Source: a bacterium
GTDB lineage: Bacteria; Hinthialibacterota; Hinthialibacteria; Hinthialibacterales; Hinthialibacteraceae
Direction: 5' to 3'
Assembly (NCBI GenBank): GCA_041946805.1
Contig: JBHGBC010000164.1
Span: 1-13,523, forward strand
Length of the DNA stretch: 13,523 nucleotides
Part shown: positions 1-7,064 of the stretch, piece by piece
How positions within the stretch are numbered: the first letter of the stretch is position 1
Layout of the letters: every line of letters starts with the position of its first letter
The notes under the pieces: generated by a model
What the model saw: the letters and a program-made list of their open reading frames with translations, nothing else
What the model was told of the DNA's origin: nothing
The model's database searches: none
Made by a program: the position numbers and the translations under genes

Positions 1-475
1 AACACAGCGATTCCGGTGAGGATTTCAGCGCATCCGGATTTTTTTTCTTGTCCAGGGAAAGATTTTTGATCAACGTGAGGGAATTGCGATTCTGTTTTCG
101 TTGATAAACCATGTCATCCAATAACTCGCGCATGATGTACCGGCCCAACCCCCCGACTTGTCTTCGGCATATGTCGTTGGAAAAGTCCGGGATGGTGGGC
201 TGCGTTTGGTCGAAGGGAATCCCCGCGTCTTCGATGGTCACCAAAAACGAATCGTTCTCTTTCCGCCACCGAATCCACAATTTGCCGTCTTTTTTTCCGC
301 AATATCCGTAACACACGATGTTGGTACACGCCTCGTCGACGGAGGTCTCCAACTTCCACAGGTTGCCTTCCGACATCCCCGATGCCCGCGCCGCTTCCCG
401 GACCCGGTCGCATATCCGGGCGAGCTCATCCAAGGTTGCTGGGAATTCCGCGAAGTTGGCAGACGATTCATTCAT
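1..475 (-). CDS. Partial (3'-truncated by window edge) anti-sigma regulatory factor / serine-protein kinase, HATPase_c (RsbW/SpoIIAB-like) domain
   Basis: Manual minus-strand translation from ATG (complement of 473-475) runs to position 2 without a stop: MNESSANFAEFPATLDELARICDRVREAARASGMSEGNLWKLETSVDEACTNIVCYGY...EDAGIPFD...GGLGRYIMRELLDDMVYQ. The E-x-x-x-N (N-box) motif, the D-x-G-x-G-type segment and the G-G-x-G-L-x-I motif are typical of GHKL/HATPase_c_2 anti-sigma kinases. The ORF is not in the supplied track because it has no stop inside the window. It continues about 30 aa past the end of the HATPase fold (SLDKKKNPDALKSSPES...). Confidence 0.7.
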   Translation of the reverse strand, partial: MNESSANFAEFPATLDELARICDRVREAARASGMSEGNLWKLETSVDEACTNIVCYGYCGKKDGKLWIRWRKENDSFLVTIEDAGIPFDQTQPTIPDFSNDICRRQVGGLGRYIMRELLDDMVYQRKQNRNSLTLIKNLSLDKKKNPDALKSSPESLC

Positions 476-945
476 GGATACAGGATATGTCATCATCCCA
501 GTTTATCTTTGTTTTTCCATTTCCCGCCCCAGTCTCATTCGTTCCGATTAAAGTAACACAAGAAAGCCACGTTGAAAAGCTACCATATTTAACAAGTTTA
601 GTAAACAAAAGAAGTTTCGTCCAAAAGGCCTCTTCCCTTTTTCCCCTATTTCGCGTTTGGTCCCATTATTCGCGGATTTGCTTTTCCGGTTTAAGGGATT
701 TCTTCTTTTCCATATTGTAGTTCACGATCTGCCGGTTTTACAAATTCTTTCGGTCATTTCATCCAATGGCTAGTCCGATCCACGGTATGTGACTCCTCTT
801 TTTTTCATTGCCATTCCTCCTTCCTTACCGCCACGTACCTAGGCGAACCACACATCCCTTTGGTAAACTGGCGGATTAAATGCGGAATCGAGATGAAAAA
901 TAGATCCTTCCGCATGTTTCGTTTCATCCATGAGGCAGGCTCACC

Positions 946-2310
946 ATGGCTGACCGTTTCTATCGCGCCGCACGGAACGACTATACAATTGTAGACAGCA
1001 TGAACGATTCGCTCCGCTTCACGACGCGGCGTTGCCTGACCACCTATCAGGGCAACCTGTGCGCCACATCCACGTTTTTGGATCCGGAGGGCGTTCCCGC
1101 TATATGGCACGAATTCGGCGAGCTGGAGGGTGTGGGCTGGGCCGCCAATGTAGTGGGGGGAGCGCATGAGATTCTCTGGTATACCCGCTTTTTCAACCAT
1201 CCCCGGATGCGGGCGACCGGTGTTTCCCTGCTCCACCATGCCCTCGAAGGCGGATTTTTCCACGAAGACGGCTTCGTGATTCCCTACCGGGATATTCCAT
1301 CGGACAAACGCTATCTGAACTACCTGCACAAGTCCGAGTATGATCACTGGTTCTGTCCGGGTTCCACGGCCCATATCGCGCTGCAACTACTCTGGGCAGC
1401 CGACCTCGTATCGGAACCATTAAAATCACAAATTACCGAAAAATCTTTACTTATATCGGATTGGCTATGGAACCATGTTAAGCGGCTGGAGAATGGCTGG
1501 TATCCCCGCCGTTGCCGGCCGGATGGATCTCCAATCACTTTCAACGCCATGGGGACCGTTCCGGACTCCCAGTTCGATCACAGCGGCGACGGGACTTATC
1601 TCTTGTGGCTTTGGGTGGAGCTGACCCGCCGGGGTTTCAGAAATTACCGGAAGGAAATCCGAGGCATTGCCGATGCATACCGGGACTTGGGCGGGGCGTT
1701 CGGCAGCATCAATCACGACACCTACGATGACCACGAAAACGTGGCCTACAGTGTGGGATTCCGCTGCCTGTCCCGGACGGCCAATCTGTTGCGCGACACG
1801 GCCTTGTACGATTGGGCGCTGGCGGTATGCCTGCACGGCCTGGAGAGATTCGAGCTGAAGCAAGACCGCAACGGCATGGCCACCCAAGGCTTGCTCTACA
1901 TGGAGGATTCGTGGGATACCTCGTATCTTTGGGAGAACGCGGAAGCCGCCCTGGCCTATTTCGAGGCCGCCGCCGCGACACGGATCCAGTCGTATGAGAT
2001 CAAAGGCCTGACCATTCTGCGCGCCGCCGCCTTGCATCACCACGGCGAACACGGATTCCTGACCGAAGGAGTCGATTGGAACAACCACAACGCCCAGTGG
2101 CGCATCATCAATGGCAAACAGATCCCTATCCACGTGGGGGGCGTGGTTTACGGGGACGTCAACTACACCCAGCCGTTCCTCAATAACATGCACATTACCG
2201 CCCCGACGTTATACTACCTGGAAAACCTAGCGTACCAATTTCAGGATAAGCACAACATCCATTACCTCGACTGTGAGGAAAATGGATTGACCACAGTTCC
2301 TGTGTCATGA
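946..2310 (+). CDS. Hypothetical protein, 454 aa, Trp-rich and cytoplasmic (no signal peptide); a possible alpha/alpha-toroid (six-hairpin) enzyme-like fold is only a guess
   Basis: Long ORF with host-like GC and an ATG start preceded by GAGG about 10 nt upstream. I recognise no diagnostic motif. The competing antisense ORF 805..1386 is shorter and overlaps it. Confidence 0.6.
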   Translation: MADRFYRAARNDYTIVDSMNDSLRFTTRRCLTTYQGNLCATSTFLDPEGVPAIWHEFGELEGVGWAANVVGGAHEILWYTRFFNHPRMRATGVSLLHHALEGGFFHEDGFVIPYRDIPSDKRYLNYLHKSEYDHWFCPGSTAHIALQLLWAADLVSEPLKSQITEKSLLISDWLWNHVKRLENGWYPRRCRPDGSPITFNAMGTVPDSQFDHSGDGTYLLWLWVELTRRGFRNYRKEIRGIADAYRDLGGAFGSINHDTYDDHENVAYSVGFRCLSRTANLLRDTALYDWALAVCLHGLERFELKQDRNGMATQGLLYMEDSWDTSYLWENAEAALAYFEAAAATRIQSYEIKGLTILRAAALHHHGEHGFLTEGVDWNNHNAQWRIINGKQIPIHVGGVVYGDVNYTQPFLNNMHITAPTLYYLENLAYQFQDKHNIHYLDCEENGLTTVPVS

Positions 2311-2391
2311 TAAAGAAGGATGATCCTGGGTGCTTTCTTTCTTCTCGTTCTTCTGGAGTAAGCCAAAGCAAAAAGCACCAATGCAAGACCT

Positions 2392-2838
2392 TCCCTCATC
2401 CTGGCCCTCTACCAAAGGGAGAGGGGATGGGAGTGGTTCTCTCAGAACGGTAAATAAAGGAAACTATTTATGGTTCATCCGACAAGTGCGTACCCGCTGG
2501 AGAAGAAGGCATTCCATCCTCTCGATAAAATTCGGGCGGACACCAAGGTCCGCCCCTACAATAATTCCCTCACCCTGGTCCTCTCCCGGGGGGGAGGGGA
2601 TCAGGGGATTGATCACCCCGGTCTGCCCGATTGAAGAGTGGCCGGACCTGCTTGAAAAAAAAGTACGCACTTATCGGATGAGCCTTATTTATCGGGATGC
2701 AGTATTGTTTTTCAAGCGCCAACGGCGCGGCATGAGCATAGCCCAGGGCATGAGCCCTGGGATGCTGGCCTCAAAAGAAGCTAATCCCCTCTCCCTCTGG
2801 GAGAGGGGCAGGGTGAGGGAAGCCCTGAAAGGGCGGAA
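2392..2838. repeat. Mosaic of fragments of the modular intergenic repeat family (CCCTCACCCT..CCCTCTCC-loop-GGAGAGGG hairpin modules in both orientations; GGGCGGAC-N6-GTCCGCCC hairpin at 2534-2555; CCCAGGGC-ATGA-GCCCTGGG hairpin at 2742-2761)
   Basis: Direct sequence comparison with the near-full copies at 4940-5148 and 6611-6789. The forward M1-like module is at 2392-2430 and 2566-2600, and a reverse-complement copy is at 2793-2826. The ORF-track entry 2330..2845 merely translates these repeats. Confidence 0.6.
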
Positions 2839-2940
2839 TAAATAGCACGTATTTATGAGTAAATAAGTACATATTGCCTTTTACAAAAAATGGAAAAATC
2901 CAATTAAAACTATCCGATTCCAAAAGGAAAGGAATTCCAC

Positions 2941-3810
2941 ATGAAACGATTCAGGCTCGCTGTTTTGATTCTCGTTCTTCTTCCCATCACCTTTTCCTGG
3001 AGCGAGGAAGTGTATTGCCGTTACGAGGCCGCCGGAGCGGTCCATTACGGACGGGTGGAAGGGGGGGTTGTTCATCAACTCGACAAGGCGCCCTGGGAAG
3101 GCGGCCAGGCGGTTGGTCAAACGGCTTCGATGAAAGATGTCCGCTTGCTGCATCCCAGCATCCCCCAGAAAATATTCGGAATATCCGGCAGCTACAAGGA
3201 AGCCTGGGCGGGTGGGAAAAAGCCCTTCAATACCATCCGCTGGTTTTTGAAACCTCCTTCCGCCGCCGCTTCACCGGATGAAGACGTGATCCTGCCCGCC
3301 TCGCTGGATGAATTGGAGGTTGAAACCGAGCTGGTCCTTGTCATCGGCAAACGGGTTAAAGACGCCGGGCTGGAAGAAGCCAAGGAAGCGATCTTCGGCT
3401 ACACAGTGGGGAACGATATCGTCGGTTGCGTGACCTCTTACCACCAAGTCAATGGAGAACCTTTGGACCAGGCCGAGACCCTCCTGGGGCCGGGATTGAA
3501 GATCGGCGACGGATTCGCTCCCTTCGGCCCCTTCATTCACCGGGGGGTGGATTGGCGCAATCGGGAACGCACCTTGAAGGTGAGCAATCCCGCGCAAAAC
3601 AAAGAATTGACCTATCAACACAACACGTCCAACATGCTCTTCCCGCCGGAAAAGATTGTCAGCGACCTGTCGCGGGTTTGCGTGCTCGAACCGGGGGACA
3701 TCATCTTCACCGGCACCACCAAGTCCCTTCCCGCCCGCGCCGGGGATGTCATGGAAGTCTCGGTGGAAGGATTGGGGACGTTGGTAAACAAAGTGAAGGC
3801 GGCGAACTGA
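2941..3810 (+). CDS. Fumarylacetoacetate hydrolase (FAH) family protein (2-keto-4-pentenoate hydratase / HpcE-like), with an N-terminal hydrophobic signal-peptide-like segment
   Basis: Motifs ETELVLVIGK, GYTVGNDI and FGPF, and an overall length typical of the FAH fold (PF01557). The N-terminus MKRFRLAVLILVLLPITFSW looks like a Sec signal. AGGAA lies about 10 nt upstream of the ATG, and the upstream region is AT-rich. Confidence 0.85.
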   Translation: MKRFRLAVLILVLLPITFSWSEEVYCRYEAAGAVHYGRVEGGVVHQLDKAPWEGGQAVGQTASMKDVRLLHPSIPQKIFGISGSYKEAWAGGKKPFNTIRWFLKPPSAAASPDEDVILPASLDELEVETELVLVIGKRVKDAGLEEAKEAIFGYTVGNDIVGCVTSYHQVNGEPLDQAETLLGPGLKIGDGFAPFGPFIHRGVDWRNRERTLKVSNPAQNKELTYQHNTSNMLFPPEKIVSDLSRVCVLEPGDIIFTGTTKSLPARAGDVMEVSVEGLGTLVNKVKAAN

Positions 3811-3854
3811 ACCACGGATGGCACGGAGGGAGGCACGGATTACACGGAGAAAAG
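3808..3854 (+). repeat. Partial copy of the composite repeat (GAACCACGGAT..CACGGAG..ACGGATTACACGGAGAAAAG module) that overlaps the FAH stop codon
   Basis: About 44/47 nt identical to the central module of copies A (5029-5075) and B (6698-6744). The TGA stop of the FAH gene (3808-3810) is the first three bases of the module. Confidence 0.6.
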
Positions 3855-3857
3855 CCG

Positions 3858-3879
3858 GGGCGGACAGCCAGGTCCGCCC
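3858..3879. repeat. GGGCGGAC-N6-GTCCGCCC perfect 8-bp-stem hairpin (REP-like); other copies at 2534-2555 and 5272-5293
   Basis: Three copies with identical stems and different 6-nt loops (accaag, agccag, ctaggt). None is followed by a T-run. Confidence 0.7.
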
Positions 3880-3885
3880 TTAATG

Positions 3886-3925
3886 GATGCAGGCAAGATG
3901 CCTGCACCACAACAAGATGCCTGCA
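3886..3925. promoter_or_regulatory. Candidate operator: palindrome TGCAGGCA-AGA-TGCCTGCA (3887-3906) plus 13-bp direct repeat CAAGATGCCTGCA x2 (3894-3906, 3913-3925), about 50 nt upstream of the metallophosphoesterase start
   Basis: Seen directly in the sequence. The position fits a promoter or operator for the downstream gene. Confidence 0.3.
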
Positions 3926-3976
3926 TCACAAAGGACTTTCTCCACCCTTCTCTTCTCCTGAAAGGAATCATGAATC

Positions 3977-4873
3977 ATGCCCATGCTCTTACACAAGAAT
4001 CTCACCCGGCGGGGATTTCTGCGGACCACGGCGGCTTCCGTTGGGGCCATCGCGACCTTGGGTGTTCCCCGGACGTTCGGTGAATCTTCCGCTGAATCCA
4101 CCCGCTGGGCGTTCCTGTCGGACACGCATGTTCCCGAAGACATCACCAACGAGTACCGCGGCTTTTTCCCCTTTGAAAACATGAAGGCCGCCGTCAAGCA
4201 GGTGATCGACGCCAATCCCGAGGGAGCGATCATCACCGGCGACCTGGCCCGCCTCGAGGGATTCCCCGGCAATTACGCCATGCTCAAATCCCTGACCGGT
4301 CCGCTGGTGGATAAAATGCCAGTGGGCTTGGCTTTAGGCAATCATGACCACCGCGCCAATTTCCTCGACGCCTTCGCGGAGCATCCAGGAGAAAACCAGA
4401 CCATCAAGGGAAAACACGTCCTGGTCATCGAAAAACCACCGGTCCGTTTTATTCTCTTGGACTCGCTGCTATTCACCAACCAGGTTCCCGGCCTGTTGGG
4501 CAAGGCGCAGCGGGAATGGCTCTCTTCGTATCTCCGATCCGCCGATCAAACGCCCACCCTGCTCTTTTTCCATCACACGCCGGGCGATGAAGACGGCAGC
4601 CTGCTCGACACGGAACGCCTCTTCGCCACCGTGATACCGCATACCGCCGTGAAAGCCTTGGTTTTCGGCCATTCGCATGTGTATCAACATCTGGAGCATC
4701 TCGGCGTGCATTTGATCAACCTGCCCGCGGTGGGCTACAATTTCCGGGACGAAGACCCCGTGGGCTGGATCGAAGCCGAATTGACCGCCCGGGGCGGATC
4801 GTTCACCCTGCATGCCATCGGCGGCAACCGCCAGGACGACGGCAAAACCTTTTCGTTGGAATGGCGGGGGTAA
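3977..4873 (+). CDS. Tat-secreted calcineurin-like metallophosphoesterase
   Basis: Twin-arginine motif TRRGFLRTTAASVGAIATLGV at the N-terminus. Metallophosphatase motifs D-x-H (LSDTHV), GDL, GNHD, FFHHTP and GHSHV are present. AAAGGAA lies about 10 nt upstream of the ATG. Confidence 0.85.
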   Translation: MPMLLHKNLTRRGFLRTTAASVGAIATLGVPRTFGESSAESTRWAFLSDTHVPEDITNEYRGFFPFENMKAAVKQVIDANPEGAIITGDLARLEGFPGNYAMLKSLTGPLVDKMPVGLALGNHDHRANFLDAFAEHPGENQTIKGKHVLVIEKPPVRFILLDSLLFTNQVPGLLGKAQREWLSSYLRSADQTPTLLFFHHTPGDEDGSLLDTERLFATVIPHTAVKALVFGHSHVYQHLEHLGVHLINLPAVGYNFRDEDPVGWIEAELTARGGSFTLHAIGGNRQDDGKTFSLEWRG

Positions 4874-4939
4874 TTTGAGAATCGATCCTTTCCCCGCCGA
4901 GGCGCGGATGGAATAAGGGGAGGAATACGCCATCCGAAA

Positions 4940-5148
4940 CGTGAACGCGTAATGATAGGTTTTTTCCCTCACCCTTTCCCTCTCCCAGAGGGAGAGGGGA
5001 TCAGAAATGTTAGGCTTTTTGATAAACGGATTGAACCACGGATGGCTCGGAGGGAGGAACGGATTACACAGAGAAAAGACATTCGGGCAGGATGGTTTGC
5101 CCAGGGTTGAAACCCTGGGCTGCTTTAAAGCCGTCCCCGAAAGGGGAC
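4940..5148 (+). repeat. Composite intergenic repeat element, copy A (near full length, about 210 bp)
   Basis: Starts TAATGATAGGT. Modules are the CCCTCTCCC-AGA-GGGAGAGGG hairpin (4968-4988), the GAACCACGGAT..CACGGAG direct-repeat core, the CCCAGGGTT-GAA-AACCCTGGG hairpin (5100-5119), and a GTCCCC-GAAA-GGGGAC hairpin (5133-5148) followed by T-rich sequence. It aligns at about 84% identity with copy B. Confidence 0.8.
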
Positions 5149-5224
5149 TCATAACTATTTATTCGTTTATAAAACCTTCTCAGTGCATTATTCGTGGTAT
5201 GCGCATGGATGGGAACGCTAAACG

Positions 5225-5293
5225 ATTCTCTCTCCTTCTGGGAGCGGAGTAGGGTGAGGGATTTTCTGAAGGGGCGGACCTAGGTGTCCGCCC
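5225..5293 (-). repeat. Reverse-orientation degenerate fragment of the repeat (M1-like module plus GGGCGGAC hairpin)
   Basis: The reverse complement reads GGGCGGAC..GTCCGCCCCTTCAGAAAATCCCTCACCCTACTCCGCTCCCAGAAGGAGAGAG. This parallels the forward arrangement at 2534-2600 and matches 2793-2838. Confidence 0.6.
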
Positions 5294-5506
5294 TCATCCC
5301 GGAGGGAATGAAATCGATTTTACCTCACGATGTACGCACTTCTCGGATGAACTGTAATTATCTGAATCAGGATGGACAAGATAACCAGGAAAGCGATGGA
5401 GATACCGCCGAGACGCCGGGGAGGCGGAGAATATTATTGAATCAGCGTTCTTGGTGGATTTCGCGGCGCTCAACCCACCTTACATTCAATTCCGGAGTGA
5501 AACCTC

Positions 5507-6484
5507 ATGTCTTATCCCTTCTTACACCGCCCGCGGCGGCTGCGCATGAATCCCCGGATTCGCGATATGGTCCGCGAGAATCATGTCCGGCCCGATGACC
5601 TGGTTTACCCCATGTTCGTCACCCACCAAGCCGGCGCGCGCAAGCCGGTCGAGTCCATGCCCGGCTGCTTTCAGTTCGGCGTGGACCAGATCGCGGAGGA
5701 ATGCCGGCGCGTGCAAGACCTGGGCATCCCCGCCGTCATCCTCTTCGGGATTCCCGAGACCAAGGACGCCACCGGCGCCCAAGCCTGGCATGAACACGGC
5801 GTGATTCCCCGCGCCGTGGAAGCCATCAAGAAAGCCTGCACCAGCCTGGTGGTGATCACCGACGTCTGCCTGTGTGAATACACCAGCCATGGCCACTGCG
5901 GCCTGCTCGATGGCGAACGCATCCTCAACGACGAATCGGTGGAAGTACTGGTCAAGGAATCCCTGGCCCATGCCCGCGCGGGATGTGACATCGTCGCCCC
6001 TTCGGACATGATGGACGGCCGGGTGGCCGCCATCCGCCAGGGTCTGGACGCGGCGGGATTCCACTACACCCCCATCCTGGCTTATTCGGTCAAGTACGCG
6101 TCCGGCTACTATGGCCCGTTCCGGGACGCCGCCGAATCCACCCCCGCCTTCGGCGACCGCCGTTCGCACCAGATGGATCCCCCCAACCGCCGCGAGGCCC
6201 TGCGCCAGGCGCGGCTGGACTCGGAAGCCGGGGCGGATATTCTCATGGTGAAACCGGGATTACCCTACCTGGACATTCTCCGTGATTTGCGCGAACAGTG
6301 CGATATGCCCCTGGCCGTTTACAACGTCAGCGGTGAATACGCCATGGTCAAGGCCGCCGCCGCGCGCGGGTGGATCGATGAAAAACGCGTGGTGATGGAG
6401 AACCTGACCGCCTTCAAACGGGCCGGCGCGGACCTCATTCTCACCTACCATGCACTTGACGCCGCCCGGTGGCTTCGGGAATGA
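5507..6484 (+). CDS. hemB: Porphobilinogen synthase (delta-aminolevulinic acid dehydratase), Zn-dependent type
   Basis: N-terminal RPRRLR motif and the Zn-binding triple-Cys motif DVCLCEYTSHGHCG. Length is 325 aa, and GGAG lies about 9 nt upstream of the ATG. The match to HemB is unmistakable. Confidence 0.95.
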   Translation: MSYPFLHRPRRLRMNPRIRDMVRENHVRPDDLVYPMFVTHQAGARKPVESMPGCFQFGVDQIAEECRRVQDLGIPAVILFGIPETKDATGAQAWHEHGVIPRAVEAIKKACTSLVVITDVCLCEYTSHGHCGLLDGERILNDESVEVLVKESLAHARAGCDIVAPSDMMDGRVAAIRQGLDAAGFHYTPILAYSVKYASGYYGPFRDAAESTPAFGDRRSHQMDPPNRREALRQARLDSEAGADILMVKPGLPYLDILRDLREQCDMPLAVYNVSGEYAMVKAAAARGWIDEKRVVMENLTAFKRAGADLILTYHALDAARWLRE

Positions 6485-6610
6485 TGATTCACCGCCGGTA
6501 CGCAGAGGACGCGGAGATTTGCGCCGGGATGTGTCGATAGTAGGGGCACGTGGCACGCGCCCCGGCAGTCGTTGGGGAAGGATTTCTTTGTGGAATGAGT
6601 AGTTGATGCA

Positions 6611-6789
6611 TAATGATAGGTCTTCCCTCACCCTGGCCCTCTCCTAGAGGGAGAGGGGATCGGAGATGAGAGGTTTTTGGATATCCGGATTGAACCACGG
6701 ATAGCACGGAGAGAGGCACGGATTGCACGGAGAACAGAGATACGGGCAGGAAGGTTTGCCCTGGGTTGAAACCCTTGGCTCATCTAAAG
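6611..6789 (+). repeat. Composite intergenic repeat element, copy B
   Basis: Same start (TAATGATAGGT) and same module order as copy A, with about 30 substitutions or indels over about 185 aligned nt. It is followed by a different hairpin, GGGTGGGCT..AGCCCACCC (6805-6835). Confidence 0.8.
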
Positions 6790-6857
6790 GGGGCCGGATC
6801 TAGTGGGTGGGCTACGCTGCGCATTGAGCCCACCCTACATCCGCATCCAATCCTGCA

Positions 6858-7016
6858 GGGAATGAATGTGAATAGCCGGGGGTGAAAATCCCCGGTAGCA
6901 TTCATAATGAAAACGACCCTGAAAGGATCGAATGTTATGAGATTCAACCTCTCCGAGGTTGGCGCTTTTCTTACGTAACCGTAGGCTGTCGCCTACGGCT
7001 ATTCACATTCATCCCC
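6858..7016 (+). promoter_or_regulatory. 159-bp element bounded by 21-bp terminal inverted repeats (GGGAATGAATGTGAATAGCCG ... CGGCTATTCACATTCATCCCC), with internal hairpins, in the 5' leader of the isomerase gene; candidate structured cis-regulatory RNA or MITE
   Basis: 20/21 complementarity between 6858-6878 and 6996-7016. Internal hairpins CCGGGG-N-CCCCGG (6876-6895) and CCGTAGGC-TGTC-GCCTACGG (6979-6998). The left arm can alternatively pair locally with GTAGCATTCAT at 6896-6906. The element ends 48 nt before the ATG at 7065. Confidence 0.45.
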
Positions 7017-7064
7017 TGTGGGGATGAGAATCATCAGGACACATTTTGCATGGGAGGCATAACC

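Noticed and set aside
805-1386. 193-aa minus-strand ORF overlapping the start of the 454-aa gene
   Set aside because: It is shorter than the overlapping sense ORF and overlaps it, it lacks motif content, and it would leave the 946..2310 ORF unexplained.
2330-2845. 171-aa + strand ORF in the 2311-2940 intergenic region (and 4469..5152 -, 6489..6728 -)
   Set aside because: The translation is just the read-through of GGGAGAGGG/CCCTCTCC-type repeats (PLSLWERGRVRE, PSPWSSPGGEGIRG). These ORFs span mosaic repeat fragments in both orientations and have no RBS or start-codon context.
5133-5170. GTCCCC-GAAA-GGGGAC hairpin plus T-rich tail as terminator of the metallophosphoesterase gene
   Set aside because: It lies about 270 nt downstream of the stop, inside repeat copy A, and the T-tract is interrupted (TCATAACTATTTATTCGTTTAT). 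It is kept only as part of the repeat description.
2311-6800. Possible CRISPR array, given the many short repeated palindromic motifs
   Set aside because: The repeats are not regularly spaced direct repeats with unique spacers. They are heterogeneous modules in both orientations, interspersed among genes.
6882-7064. N-terminal 61-codon extension of the isomerase ORF as drawn in the track
   Set aside because: The extension reads through the inverted-repeat element. The Tat signal peptide and a strong GGGAGG RBS begin at the internal ATG at 7065.
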